Part shown: positions 1-7,946 of the stretch, one piece after another | How positions within the stretch are numbered: the first letter of the stretch is position 1 | How the letters are laid out: each line of letters begins with the position of its first letter | Assembly: GCA_043818355.1 (NCBI GenBank) | Contig: JBDRFX010000008.1 | Span: 1 to 56,761, forward strand | Direction of reading: 5' to 3' | Origin: Patescibacteria group bacterium | GTDB lineage: Bacteria > Patescibacteriota > Minisyncoccia > Minisyncoccales > DG-74-3 | DNA length: 56,761 nt | The notes under the pieces: model-generated | Database searches by the model: none | The model's input: the letters and a program-made list of their open reading frames with translations, nothing else | What the model was told of the DNA's origin: nothing | Made by a program: the position numbers and the translations under genes

Positions 1-171
1 GTTTATGGCCACAGGAAATTTAATATGAAAGGAGACGGATCTTTGATATATAATGAATATGCCATAACACCAACAGAATTTGTTTTAAAAACTAAAGATG
101 AAGAGATTACTTTAGATGACTTGGGAAAAGGGGGAGTGGGAACATTTGAAGATACATATTGGACAGAATAA
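1..171 (+). CDS. 3' end of an ORF cut by the window edge (56 codons ending ...TYWTE*); product unknown
   Basis: Frame 1 is open from base 1 to TAA at 169-171. No recognisable motif. Confidence 0.3.
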   Translation, partial: VYGHRKFNMKGDGSLIYNEYAITPTEFVLKTKDEEITLDDLGKGGVGTFEDTYWTE

Positions 172-202
172 TATCACAAAAGTAATTATTTTTTGATTGC
201 TC

Positions 203-232
203 TTGACAATAGTTTTCGTTTTGATATACAAT
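203..232 (+). promoter_or_regulatory. Sigma70-like promoter: TTGACA (203-208), then TATACA (spacer 16) or TACAAT (spacer 18)
   Basis: Consensus -35 hexamer and near-consensus -10 read directly, in the intergenic region upstream of the acidic micro-ORF. Confidence 0.4.
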
Positions 233-236
233 TTCA

Positions 237-260
237 AAAAGTGATTTTTTAATCACTTTT
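237..260. promoter_or_regulatory. Perfect 10-bp inverted repeat AAAAGTGATT-TTTT-AATCACTTTT at the predicted transcription start; operator or bidirectional terminator
   Basis: Reverse complement of 237-246 equals 251-260. It sits 5-8 nt downstream of the -10 element. Confidence 0.35.
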
Positions 261-311
261 AAAAGGCGAGAAAATATTATTAATCAACAATGAAAATTGT
301 ATTTTAAATCA

Positions 312-440
312 ATGATACAAGAAGAAATCTTCAACGAAGAAGAAGAGTTAGATGAAGAAGATGTTGACGAAGATGTTGATGACTGGGAAGAAGACGAGGA
401 ACTAGATGACGATGATGACGAGAAAGAAGGAAGCTGGTAA
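312..440 (+). CDS. Stand-alone 42-aa extremely acidic micro-ORF (MIQEEIFNEEEELDEEDVDEDVDDWEEDEELDDDDDEKEGSW)
   Basis: ATG 312 to TAA 438-440. Too short for the ORF track. Bracketed by a promoter-like element upstream and a hairpin plus T-run downstream. No SD, but most genes here lack one. Confidence 0.3.
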   Translation: MIQEEIFNEEEELDEEDVDEDVDDWEEDEELDDDDDEKEGSW

Positions 441-453
441 AAAATTTAAAATT

Positions 454-486
454 AAAGAGAGGTACTTATTATGGGTATCTCTTTTT
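454..486 (+). terminator. Intrinsic-terminator-like hairpin (AAAGAGA..TCTCTTT with inner TAC/GTA) followed by a T-run
   Basis: Stem 454-460 pairs with 478-484; T-run to 486. Confidence 0.5.
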
Positions 487-545
487 AATTTTGAGAATGT
501 GTTTTATGATGTATAATTGTTAAATATTAAAAGAAGATTAATTTT

Positions 546-1613
546 ATGTCCCTAAGCGTTGGAATCGTTGGTTTGCCTAATGCCGGAAAGTCAACTCTGT
601 TTGAGGCCATAACCAAAAAACAAGTTAATAGAGAGAATTATCCCTTTTGCACCATTGAACCCAATATCGGTGTTATTGCTGTACCAGATGAAAGACTAGA
701 GGCTCTAAATAGTCTTTTTAACTCTAAGAAGAAAGTGCATACAACCATAGAGTTTGTAGATATTGCAGGATTAGTTAGAGGTGCTTCAGAGGGTAAAGGA
801 TTGGGGAATAAGTTTTTAGCTAATATCAGAGAAACCGACGCCGTAGTATATGTTTTAAGGGGATTTAATGATCCTGATGTTGTGCACGTTGAAGGCAGAA
901 TTGATATTTTATCTGATAAAGAAATTCTAGATACAGAGATGGCTCTTAAGGATATGGAAACAGTTGAAAAAAGATTGTTTGCTTTAGAAAAAGAAGCCAG
1001 AACAAGAGATAAAGAGGCTATAAAAGAAGTTGGAATAGTGAAAAAAGCTTTTGAGCTTCTTAAAGAAGGGAAGATGTTGTTTGATTTTGGATGGAACGAC
1101 GAAGAGAGAGATATATTGAAAAGCTATCAATTATTAACTTTAAAACCCAGACTTTATTTTATTAATGGGAAAGATGAAGATATAGATTCAAAAATTATAG
1201 AAGAATTTAAAAAGAATAATTGGAATTTTCTAATTATTGACGTTATGACAGAATTAGAAGCAGGACAGTTAAATAAAGAAGAAAGATTAGATCTTGGGTT
1301 TCCTGAAGAATTAGAATTTAATAATTTTGTTCAAAGTTCATATTCTTTATTAGACTTGATTACTTTCTTTACAATCGGAGAAGACGAAACAAGAGCCTGG
1401 ACTATTAAAAAGGGGAGTTTTGCTCCTCAGGCAGGAGGAGCCATACATTCTGATTTTGAAGAAAAGTTTATTAAGGCTGACGTTATTTTTTGGAAAGATT
1501 TAGTTGAAGCTGGTTCTTTGAGTAAAGCTAAAGAAAAAGGAAAATTGAGAACAGAAGGAAAGGAGTATTTGGTACAAGATGGAGATGTGATTGAAATTAA
1601 GAGTAACGCCTAG
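546..1613 (+). CDS. ychF: Ribosome-binding ATPase YchF (Obg-like GTPase family)
   Basis: N-terminal G1 motif GLPNAGKST, DIAGLV G3 motif, C-terminal TGS-like region, typical length of 355 aa. Confidence 0.93.
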   Translation: MSLSVGIVGLPNAGKSTLFEAITKKQVNRENYPFCTIEPNIGVIAVPDERLEALNSLFNSKKKVHTTIEFVDIAGLVRGASEGKGLGNKFLANIRETDAVVYVLRGFNDPDVVHVEGRIDILSDKEILDTEMALKDMETVEKRLFALEKEARTRDKEAIKEVGIVKKAFELLKEGKMLFDFGWNDEERDILKSYQLLTLKPRLYFINGKDEDIDSKIIEEFKKNNWNFLIIDVMTELEAGQLNKEERLDLGFPEELEFNNFVQSSYSLLDLITFFTIGEDETRAWTIKKGSFAPQAGGAIHSDFEEKFIKADVIFWKDLVEAGSLSKAKEKGKLRTEGKEYLVQDGDVIEIKSNA

Positions 1614-1679
1614 TTCTGACAAAATAATTAGTTTTAGGTCAAATTTGCAAAGTAAAAATCAAAAATGTAAAATGGGATA

Positions 1680-2444
1680 ATGTTTATTAGAGCCATAAAG
1701 ACAAAAGTTTTTATTCCACCCAAAGATGATTTGCTTTCCGTAATTAAGGAAAGTTTTTCTAAGATTCAATTAAAAGAAAAATCCATTTTCATTATTACTT
1801 CTAAGGTTGTTTCTATTTGGCAAGGAAGATGTGTGACTAGAGAAGAATTTCCAGACAAAGATCAGCTTATAGTTAAAGAAGCTGATTTTTATTTAGATAG
1901 AAAAGAGATACCTAATGAATATGTAATGTTAACCATTAAGAATAATGTTTTATTGCCAACTGCAGGAATAGATGAAAGCAATGCTAAAGGTTACTATATT
2001 TTGTTACCTCAAGACCCATATAAAACTGCAAAACAGATTTATGACTTTATTCAAAAAGAATTTAATTTAAAAGAATTGGGAGTCATTATTACAGATAGTA
2101 GATGTACTCCATTAAGAAGAGGAACTACTGGTGTGGCTTTATCGTATTATGGTTTTAACCCTCTGAGAGATTATAGAAAAACGCCCGATTTATTTGGTAG
2201 AAATTACAAGGTGAGTGTTCTTAATATTGCTGATTCTTTGGCTGTTGCAGGAGTCTTGGCTATGGGAGAGGGTTCTGAGCAAACCCCAATTGCCATTGTT
2301 GAAGATATTGATAACGTTAAATTCGGGAATTTTAAACTTGAGGGCAATGATTCCTTTGATATGAATCCTGATTTTGACATATACGCTCCTTTATTAAAAG
2401 GAATGAAATGGAAAAAAGGAGAAGGAGGTTTAAAAAATAATTAA
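1680..2444 (+). CDS. CofE-like gamma-glutamyl ligase family protein (F420-0:gamma-glutamyl ligase fold)
   Basis: Family-like segments ITSKVVSIWQGR, TAGIDESNA and ITDS. About 250 aa, the size of stand-alone CofE domains. Confidence 0.65.
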   Translation: MFIRAIKTKVFIPPKDDLLSVIKESFSKIQLKEKSIFIITSKVVSIWQGRCVTREEFPDKDQLIVKEADFYLDRKEIPNEYVMLTIKNNVLLPTAGIDESNAKGYYILLPQDPYKTAKQIYDFIQKEFNLKELGVIITDSRCTPLRRGTTGVALSYYGFNPLRDYRKTPDLFGRNYKVSVLNIADSLAVAGVLAMGEGSEQTPIAIVEDIDNVKFGNFKLEGNDSFDMNPDFDIYAPLLKGMKWKKGEGGLKNN

Positions 2445-2460
2445 TAATTAATTAAAAAAT

Positions 2461-3792
2461 ATGGAGTATCTAAAAAAAGTAGATCCTCAGATGAATGAAA
2501 TCTTAGAGAAAGAAACAGAAAGACAGGAGACCACTCTGATGATGATTCCTTCTGAGAATCATACGTCCCAAGCCGTTAAAGAAGTAGTAGGTTCTATTTT
2601 TCAAGATAAATATTGTGAGGGTTATCCATACAAAAGATATTATCAAGGCCAAGAATACTATAATCAGCTAGAAGAGCTTTGTCAGGATAGAGTTAAAAAA
2701 GCTTTTGGGGTTCCTTTTGTAAATGTTCAGCCATTATCTGGTAGTCCGGCTAATTGTGCTGTATATTTTGGTGTTTTAGAGCCAGGAGACAAGATGATGG
2801 GATTAAGACTAGATCAGGGAGGGCATATTACTCATGGGCTGGATATTAATTTTTCTGGTAAGTTTTACGAAAACATTTTTTACAATGTTAATGAAGAGGG
2901 ACAGATAGATTATGACGCTATGGAGGAAATGGCTCTTAAAGAACATCCTAAAATTATTATTGCAGGAATTACTTCCCATCCTATGGCATTAGACTTTGCT
3001 AGATTTTCTCAAATAGCTGAAAAATGTGGGGCATACTTAATGGCAGACATAGCTCATGTTTCGGGATTGATTTTAGCTGGTGTTTACCCAAATCCTGTTC
3101 CATATGTACATATTATTACAACAACAACCCATAAGACTCTAAGAGGGCCCAGAGGAGCTTTAATTATGGTGACAGATAAGGGAATGACTAAAGATCCTGA
3201 TTTGCCTAATAAAATTAATAAAGCAGTTTTTCCTGGCTTACAAGGAGGTCCTCATGAAAATAATATTGCTGGTATAGCGGTTGCTGTTAAAGAAGCAATG
3301 TCTCCTGCATTTAAGGAGTACGGAAAACAAGTAATTAAAAACGCTGCCATTTTAGCTGAAAGATTAAAAGAAAAAGGCGCTACTCTTTGTTCTGGAGGAA
3401 CCAATACACATTTAATAATGATGGACTTAAGAAGTTTTGATATTCTAGGAAATACAGCTGCTGAGGCTCTAGAGTCTTCTGGTATTGTTGTAAATAAAAA
3501 TTGTGTTCCCGATGATTCTAATCCTCCATTCTATCCTTCTGGTTTAAGATTCGGTGCTCCCGGCATAACAAGTAGAGGAATGAAAGAAGAAGAGATGGTG
3601 ATTATTGCTGATTGCATGATTAGGGTTTTGTCAGATATTTCTAGAATTAGAAAAGAAATGAGAGTCACTTTTGACCAAGAGAAAAAACTTGCAACCAGGA
3701 AGCAAATGATTGAAAAATCAGATGTTGTCAAAAAGGTGAGAGAGGAAGTAAGAGATCTTTGTTCAAAATTTCCCTTAAAGAAAGAATACTAG
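2461..3792 (+). CDS. glyA: Serine hydroxymethyltransferase
   Basis: SENHTS, YPYKRYYQG, and TTTTHKTLRGPRG around the PLP-lysine. Confidence 0.95.
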   Translation: MEYLKKVDPQMNEILEKETERQETTLMMIPSENHTSQAVKEVVGSIFQDKYCEGYPYKRYYQGQEYYNQLEELCQDRVKKAFGVPFVNVQPLSGSPANCAVYFGVLEPGDKMMGLRLDQGGHITHGLDINFSGKFYENIFYNVNEEGQIDYDAMEEMALKEHPKIIIAGITSHPMALDFARFSQIAEKCGAYLMADIAHVSGLILAGVYPNPVPYVHIITTTTHKTLRGPRGALIMVTDKGMTKDPDLPNKINKAVFPGLQGGPHENNIAGIAVAVKEAMSPAFKEYGKQVIKNAAILAERLKEKGATLCSGGTNTHLIMMDLRSFDILGNTAAEALESSGIVVNKNCVPDDSNPPFYPSGLRFGAPGITSRGMKEEEMVIIADCMIRVLSDISRIRKEMRVTFDQEKKLATRKQMIEKSDVVKKVREEVRDLCSKFPLKKEY

Positions 3793-3793
3793 A

Positions 3794-4618
3794 ATGAAAC
3801 AATATTTAGATATTTTAAAAAAGATAATGGAAGAGGGGACAGATAAGCCCAACAGAACTGGCATTGATACGAGAGCCTTATTTGGTATTCCCATGAGGTT
3901 TGATTTATCTAAGGGTTTTCCAGCAGTCACTACTAAAAAATTGGCTTTTAAATCTTTGAAAGCAGAATTGTTGTGGTTTTTAAAAGGGAGTAGCGATGTT
4001 AAGGAATTGCAAAAAATGGGATGTCATATTTGGGATGCCAACGCAGAAGCTGACTATTGGAAACCTAAGGCAAAATTTGAGGGAGATTTGGGTCGAATCT
4101 ATGGTGTCCAATGGAGAAAATGGAAATCCCCTTATTCTGACACACCCATTGACCAAATAGCTGATGTTATAGAAAAGATTAAAAATGATGCATATAATAG
4201 AAGAATTATTTTCTCTGCCTGGAATCCAGCTGAATTAGATAAAATGGCTTTACCTCCTTGCCATATGTTTTCTCAATTCTTTGTGGCTGATGGAAAACTA
4301 TCTATGTCTATGTATCAGAGAAGTTGTGATATGTTTTTGGGCGTACCATTCAATATCGCTTCGTATTCTCTTTTGTTAAGTATGATTGCTCAGGTTACGA
4401 ATTTAAAGGTGGGAGAGTTTGTTCATATTTTGGGAGATACGCATATTTATCATAACCATTTTGATCAAGTTAAGATTCAATTAGAAAGAGAACCCTTGCC
4501 TTTGCCTAAACTATGGTTGAATCCCAATGTTCAAAATATTGATGACTTTACTATGGATGACATTAAATTGGTTGACTACAAACATTATGATTCAATTAAG
4601 GCTGAAATGGCAGTATGA
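3794..4618 (+). CDS. thyA: Thymidylate synthase (ThyA type)
   Basis: DRTGIDT-like NRTGIDT, active-site LPPCH, DMFLGVPFNIASY. Confidence 0.95.
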   Translation: MKQYLDILKKIMEEGTDKPNRTGIDTRALFGIPMRFDLSKGFPAVTTKKLAFKSLKAELLWFLKGSSDVKELQKMGCHIWDANAEADYWKPKAKFEGDLGRIYGVQWRKWKSPYSDTPIDQIADVIEKIKNDAYNRRIIFSAWNPAELDKMALPPCHMFSQFFVADGKLSMSMYQRSCDMFLGVPFNIASYSLLLSMIAQVTNLKVGEFVHILGDTHIYHNHFDQVKIQLEREPLPLPKLWLNPNVQNIDDFTMDDIKLVDYKHYDSIKAEMAV

Positions 4619-5142
4619 TAATTTCAATCATTGCAGCCTTGGGGAACAATAGAATTATTGGTAATGGAAATAGCCTACCATGGGATTTGCCAGCTGATAT
4701 GAATCATTTTCGTGAATTGACTTTGGGTAAACCCATTATTATGGGACAAAAGACTTTTGAATCTATTGGTAAGGCTTTACCAAAAAGACATAATATTGTT
4801 TTGACTAGAGATAAAGAATTATCTATTGCTGGATGTGACATGGCTTATTCTTTAGACCATGCTATTGAGTTGGCTGAAAAAAGTGAAATGGGCCAAAAGA
4901 GCGGAGAAGTGATGATTTGCGGAGGTGCTTCAATTTATAGTCAGTATTTATCCAGAGCTGAGAAAATGTATTTAACCTTTATTGAGGGAGACTTTAAGGG
5001 AGATATATTTTTCCCTGAATTTAATTATGAAGATTGGAAAGAGATTGAAAGAGTTTTGCATAAATCCGATGAGTGCAATAAATATAATTATTCTTTTGTT
5101 ATTTTTGAAAGGAAAAAAGTTATTTTAGGGGAACAGCATTGA
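4615..5142 (+). CDS. folA: Dihydrofolate reductase
   Basis: IIAALGNNRIIGNGNSLPW, IMGQKTFESIG. ATGA start/stop overlap with thyA. Confidence 0.9.
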   Translation: MIISIIAALGNNRIIGNGNSLPWDLPADMNHFRELTLGKPIIMGQKTFESIGKALPKRHNIVLTRDKELSIAGCDMAYSLDHAIELAEKSEMGQKSGEVMICGGASIYSQYLSRAEKMYLTFIEGDFKGDIFFPEFNYEDWKEIERVLHKSDECNKYNYSFVIFERKKVILGEQH

Positions 5143-5167
5143 CAAAAAAAGAATTTTAGAGTATCAT
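5139..5167 (+). promoter_or_regulatory. Promoter TTGACA-N17-TATCAT for the RRM protein gene, leaving a ~100-nt leader
   Basis: Consensus -35 overlapping the folA stop; exact 17-nt spacer. Confidence 0.5.
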
Positions 5168-5276
5168 TCTAATTATCCTTTATGTGTTTTTCAAAAGGAT
5201 CGTGCTCGAAAATCTTAGTCTCTCTGAGATACAAAGAAAAAGAGTAGGTCGTTAATTAAAAGAAAATAGAAAATAA

Positions 5277-5537
5277 ATGAGTACCAAACTTTATGTTGGC
5301 GGTTTCCCTTACGAAACCAGTGAAGATGAACTAAAAGAACATTTTGGTTCAGCTGGTGAAGTAAGTTCTGTTACTATTATTATAGACAGAATTTCAGGCC
5401 GCTCTAAAGGTTTCGGCTTTGTAGAAATGTCTTCTGATGAAGAAGCCAAGAAAGCAATTGAAATGTTTAATGGCCAAGATTTTGGCGGAAGAAACATTAC
5501 AGTTGACGAAGCTAGACCAATGAAAAAGAATTTTTAG
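5277..5537 (+). CDS. RRM-type RNA-binding protein
   Basis: RNP2 LYVGGF and RNP1 KGFGFVEM motifs; 86 aa. Confidence 0.88.
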   Translation: MSTKLYVGGFPYETSEDELKEHFGSAGEVSSVTIIIDRISGRSKGFGFVEMSSDEEAKKAIEMFNGQDFGGRNITVDEARPMKKNF

Positions 5538-5571
5538 AAGACACTTCGTGTTTAATAAGTAATTTTTTTTG

Positions 5572-5601
5572 AGAGAGCCCTTAACGGGCTCTCTTTGTTT
5601 T
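5572..5601 (+). terminator. Intrinsic terminator AGAGAGCCC-TTAAC-GGGCTCTCT followed by TTTGTTTT
   Basis: 9-bp GC-containing stem followed by a T-tract. Confidence 0.75.
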
Positions 5602-5652
5602 GTTAAAGATTTTTGATACAATTAAAAAATATTATTAATTGTTTTTTATAAT

Positions 5653-6123
5653 ATGAATCAAAAGATTATTACTTATTCAATGACTTTTTTAGTTGTTTTT
5701 TTTAGTTTTTACTTTCTAAATGAAATATTTAGAAAGCATGAACCAGAAGTAGAAATATTAAATGAAGAAAAAATGCCAGAAGAAAAAAATACAGAATCTG
5801 AAAGTTTAGAAGTAGAAATATTAAAAGGAGGTGAGGGAGAACAAGCTCAAATAGGGGACACTGTTTCGGTCCATTATACCGGGACCTTAACGGACGGAAC
5901 TAAATTTGATTCTAGCCTAGATAGAGGGACACCATTTTCTTTTACTTTGGGAGAAGGTAGGGTTATACAAGGATGGGAGCAAGGAGTTTTGGGAATGACT
6001 GTTGGAGAAAAAAGAAAGCTAACCATTCCTGCCCACCTGGGTTATGGAGACTTAGGATCTGGAGAATTAATTCCTCCTGGAGCTACTTTAATTTTTGAAG
6101 TTGAACTATTAAGCATTAATTAA
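5653..6123 (+). CDS. FKBP-type peptidyl-prolyl cis-trans isomerase with N-terminal membrane anchor
   Basis: [27 protein letters not shown]....[14 protein letters not shown]. Confidence 0.88.
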   Translation: MNQKIITYSMTFLVVFFSFYFLNEIFRKHEPEVEILNEEKMPEEKNTESESLEVEILKGGEGEQAQIGDTVSVHYTGTLTDGTKFDSSLDRGTPFSFTLGEGRVIQGWEQGVLGMTVGEKRKLTIPAHLGYGDLGSGELIPPGATLIFEVELLSIN

Positions 6124-6851
6124 TGTTTAAACTTATTGTTTTAGGAATTATCCAGGGAATATTTGAATGGCTTCCTGTTTCTAGCGAAGGAATAGTTGCT
6201 TTATTGAGTAAATATCTTGTTTCAGACTTTAACCCAATTGAAATTGCTTTGTTTCTACACTTAGGAACTGTTTTGGCAGTTTTAATATATTTTAGAAAAG
6301 AATGGAGAAAAGTTATTGAGTTAAAAGATAACAAGCTTTTAAGATTTTTAATTATCTCTACAGCCATTTCTTTTTTGATTGGATATCCGTTGTATAATAC
6401 TATTACTGATTTTGTTATTGGTAGTAATTTATTGATTTTAGTAGGTTTTGGATTATTGATTACAGCATTCTTTCATAAAAAGAAGATTTCTTTGAATATG
6501 TCAGAAGATAAAACAGCTTTGTTAACTGGGTTTTTGCAGGGACTATCTGTTATTCCTGGATTATCAAGATCTGGAAGTACAATTTTTGGTTTATCTTTGG
6601 GAAGCCATGACACAGAGAAGATCTTGACGACCTCATATATGATGTCTTTGCCAGTAATTTTAGGGTCCACCATATATTTGTTTTTAAACAATCCTGTTTT
6701 TATTATTGAAACTTGGCCAGCCTTGTTATCTAGTTTCTTGGTTGGGTTGGTGAGTTTAGACTTCTTGATAAAAAAATCTAAAGAAATAGACTTCTTTAAA
6801 TTTGTTTTAACTTTTAGTGTTTTATGTTTCTTGGGAGCTTTATTAAAATAA
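6123..6851 (+). CDS. uppP: Undecaprenyl-diphosphatase (BacA/UppP family)
   Basis: GIIQGIFEWLPVSSEG and PGLSRSGSTI motifs; polytopic. Confidence 0.85.
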   Translation: MFKLIVLGIIQGIFEWLPVSSEGIVALLSKYLVSDFNPIEIALFLHLGTVLAVLIYFRKEWRKVIELKDNKLLRFLIISTAISFLIGYPLYNTITDFVIGSNLLILVGFGLLITAFFHKKKISLNMSEDKTALLTGFLQGLSVIPGLSRSGSTIFGLSLGSHDTEKILTTSYMMSLPVILGSTIYLFLNNPVFIIETWPALLSSFLVGLVSLDFLIKKSKEIDFFKFVLTFSVLCFLGALLK

Positions 6852-6991
6852 GTTTAATTTTAAAAAACAGTCCTTTCGAGGTTGTTTTTTGATTTTGTTA
6901 ATGGGAGGTGCATTGATTTTTTGAAAATGTTAAGATAAAAATAATTACGAAAGTAATTAGATAATTAAGATAATTAATAATATATAAATTT

Positions 6992-7234
6992 ATGGACCCA
7001 ATAGAAACAAGAGATGAAAGAGTTCATGGGTTTTGGGTAACATTCGGAAAAGATTTATGGGAAGGAATTACTTATTTGTCCAGAGACTTGCAATTTGAAG
7101 AAGCCAAAACTCTTTTTGACGCAGCCAGACTAAGGGGTAATGCTGAATTTGAAGATGACGACGACAGAGATTGGACTCTAACTTACATTAGAGGAAAGAA
7201 TAGTTACGTTTTAACATTAAGAGATAGAGAATAA
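6992..7234 (+). CDS. Hypothetical 80-aa protein with an acidic patch (EFEDDDDRDW)
   Basis: ORF only; sits in its own intergenic context. Confidence 0.4.
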   Translation: MDPIETRDERVHGFWVTFGKDLWEGITYLSRDLQFEEAKTLFDAARLRGNAEFEDDDDRDWTLTYIRGKNSYVLTLRDRE

Positions 7235-7239
7235 AATAT

Positions 7240-7386
7240 ATGAAAATTGATGCAAAAGGGTTATTCGCCTTTATGGGTATTTCAGTAATAGTTTTATTTT
7301 TTCTTTTTGGCTGGGATAAAACAGTCATGTTATTCACGCTTGGTGTGTTGATAGCTGGATATTACAGCTATCTTGAAATGTCATAA
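7240..7386 (+). CDS. Possible 48-aa two-TM micro-protein (MKIDAKGLFAFMGISVIVLFFLFGWDKTVMLFTLGVLIAGYYSYLEMS)
   Basis: ATG 7240 to TAA 7384-7386. Tightly packed between the neighbouring ORFs. Two hydrophobic stretches. Confidence 0.25.
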   Translation: MKIDAKGLFAFMGISVIVLFFLFGWDKTVMLFTLGVLIAGYYSYLEMS

Positions 7387-7391
7387 AACAA

Positions 7392-7946
7392 ATGATTCTA
7401 GGTACAGACAAAATATTAGAGCTCATCAAAAGCCAAAATTTAATTTCAGGATTAGACGAGAAAGAAATGAATGTTGAAGGTTGTGGAGTGGACTTGAGGT
7501 TGGGTGAACTGTATGAAATGAAAGAGGGAAGCAAGGGATTTATTTACAGAGAAACAAGGAATACTGCTGATTATGAGATGATTGCTAAGTTTGAGGAGGA
7601 AAAGTCCACCAAAGTGAAGCTAGAGCCTCAGAAATACTATACAGCTAAGACCATTGAGGTTATTAATACCCCTAAAAACATTTTTGGCATATTTGTTCCC
7701 AGAGGAACATTTTTTGTTAATGGTATTTTAATTCAAGGATTTAGAGTAGATCCAGGATACAAGGGCAATTTCAGATTTAATTTAATGAATTTAACTAACA
7801 ATGAATTTGAATTAGAAATGGGATCTCGTATAGCTAATATGATTTTTTTAGAAGTTTCTGGAAAAACCAATCTTTATCAAGGGCAATGGCAGGGAGGTAG
7901 AGCTTTTATTGAAAAAGAAGAAAAACAAACCAAACAAGATTTTTAG
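7392..7946 (+). CDS. dCTP deaminase/dUTPase-superfamily protein (Dcd-like)
   Basis: GVDLRLG near the N-terminus and the VDPGYKG..F.L.N core, typical of the Dcd/Dut beta-barrel; 184 aa. Confidence 0.7.
   Translation: MILGTDKILELIKSQNLISGLDEKEMNVEGCGVDLRLGELYEMKEGSKGFIYRETRNTADYEMIAKFEEEKSTKVKLEPQKYYTAKTIEVINTPKNIFGIFVPRGTFFVNGILIQGFRVDPGYKGNFRFNLMNLTNNEFELEMGSRIANMIFLEVSGKTNLYQGQWQGGRAFIEKEEKQTKQDF

Noticed and set aside
7392-7946. The Dcd-like gene considered as a dCTP-depleting anti-phage defence deaminase
   Set aside because: It has ordinary Dcd size and core motifs, there are no associated defence-type domains or island context, and a ThyA-dependent dTMP pathway that needs dUMP lies nearby. 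Housekeeping is the simpler reading.
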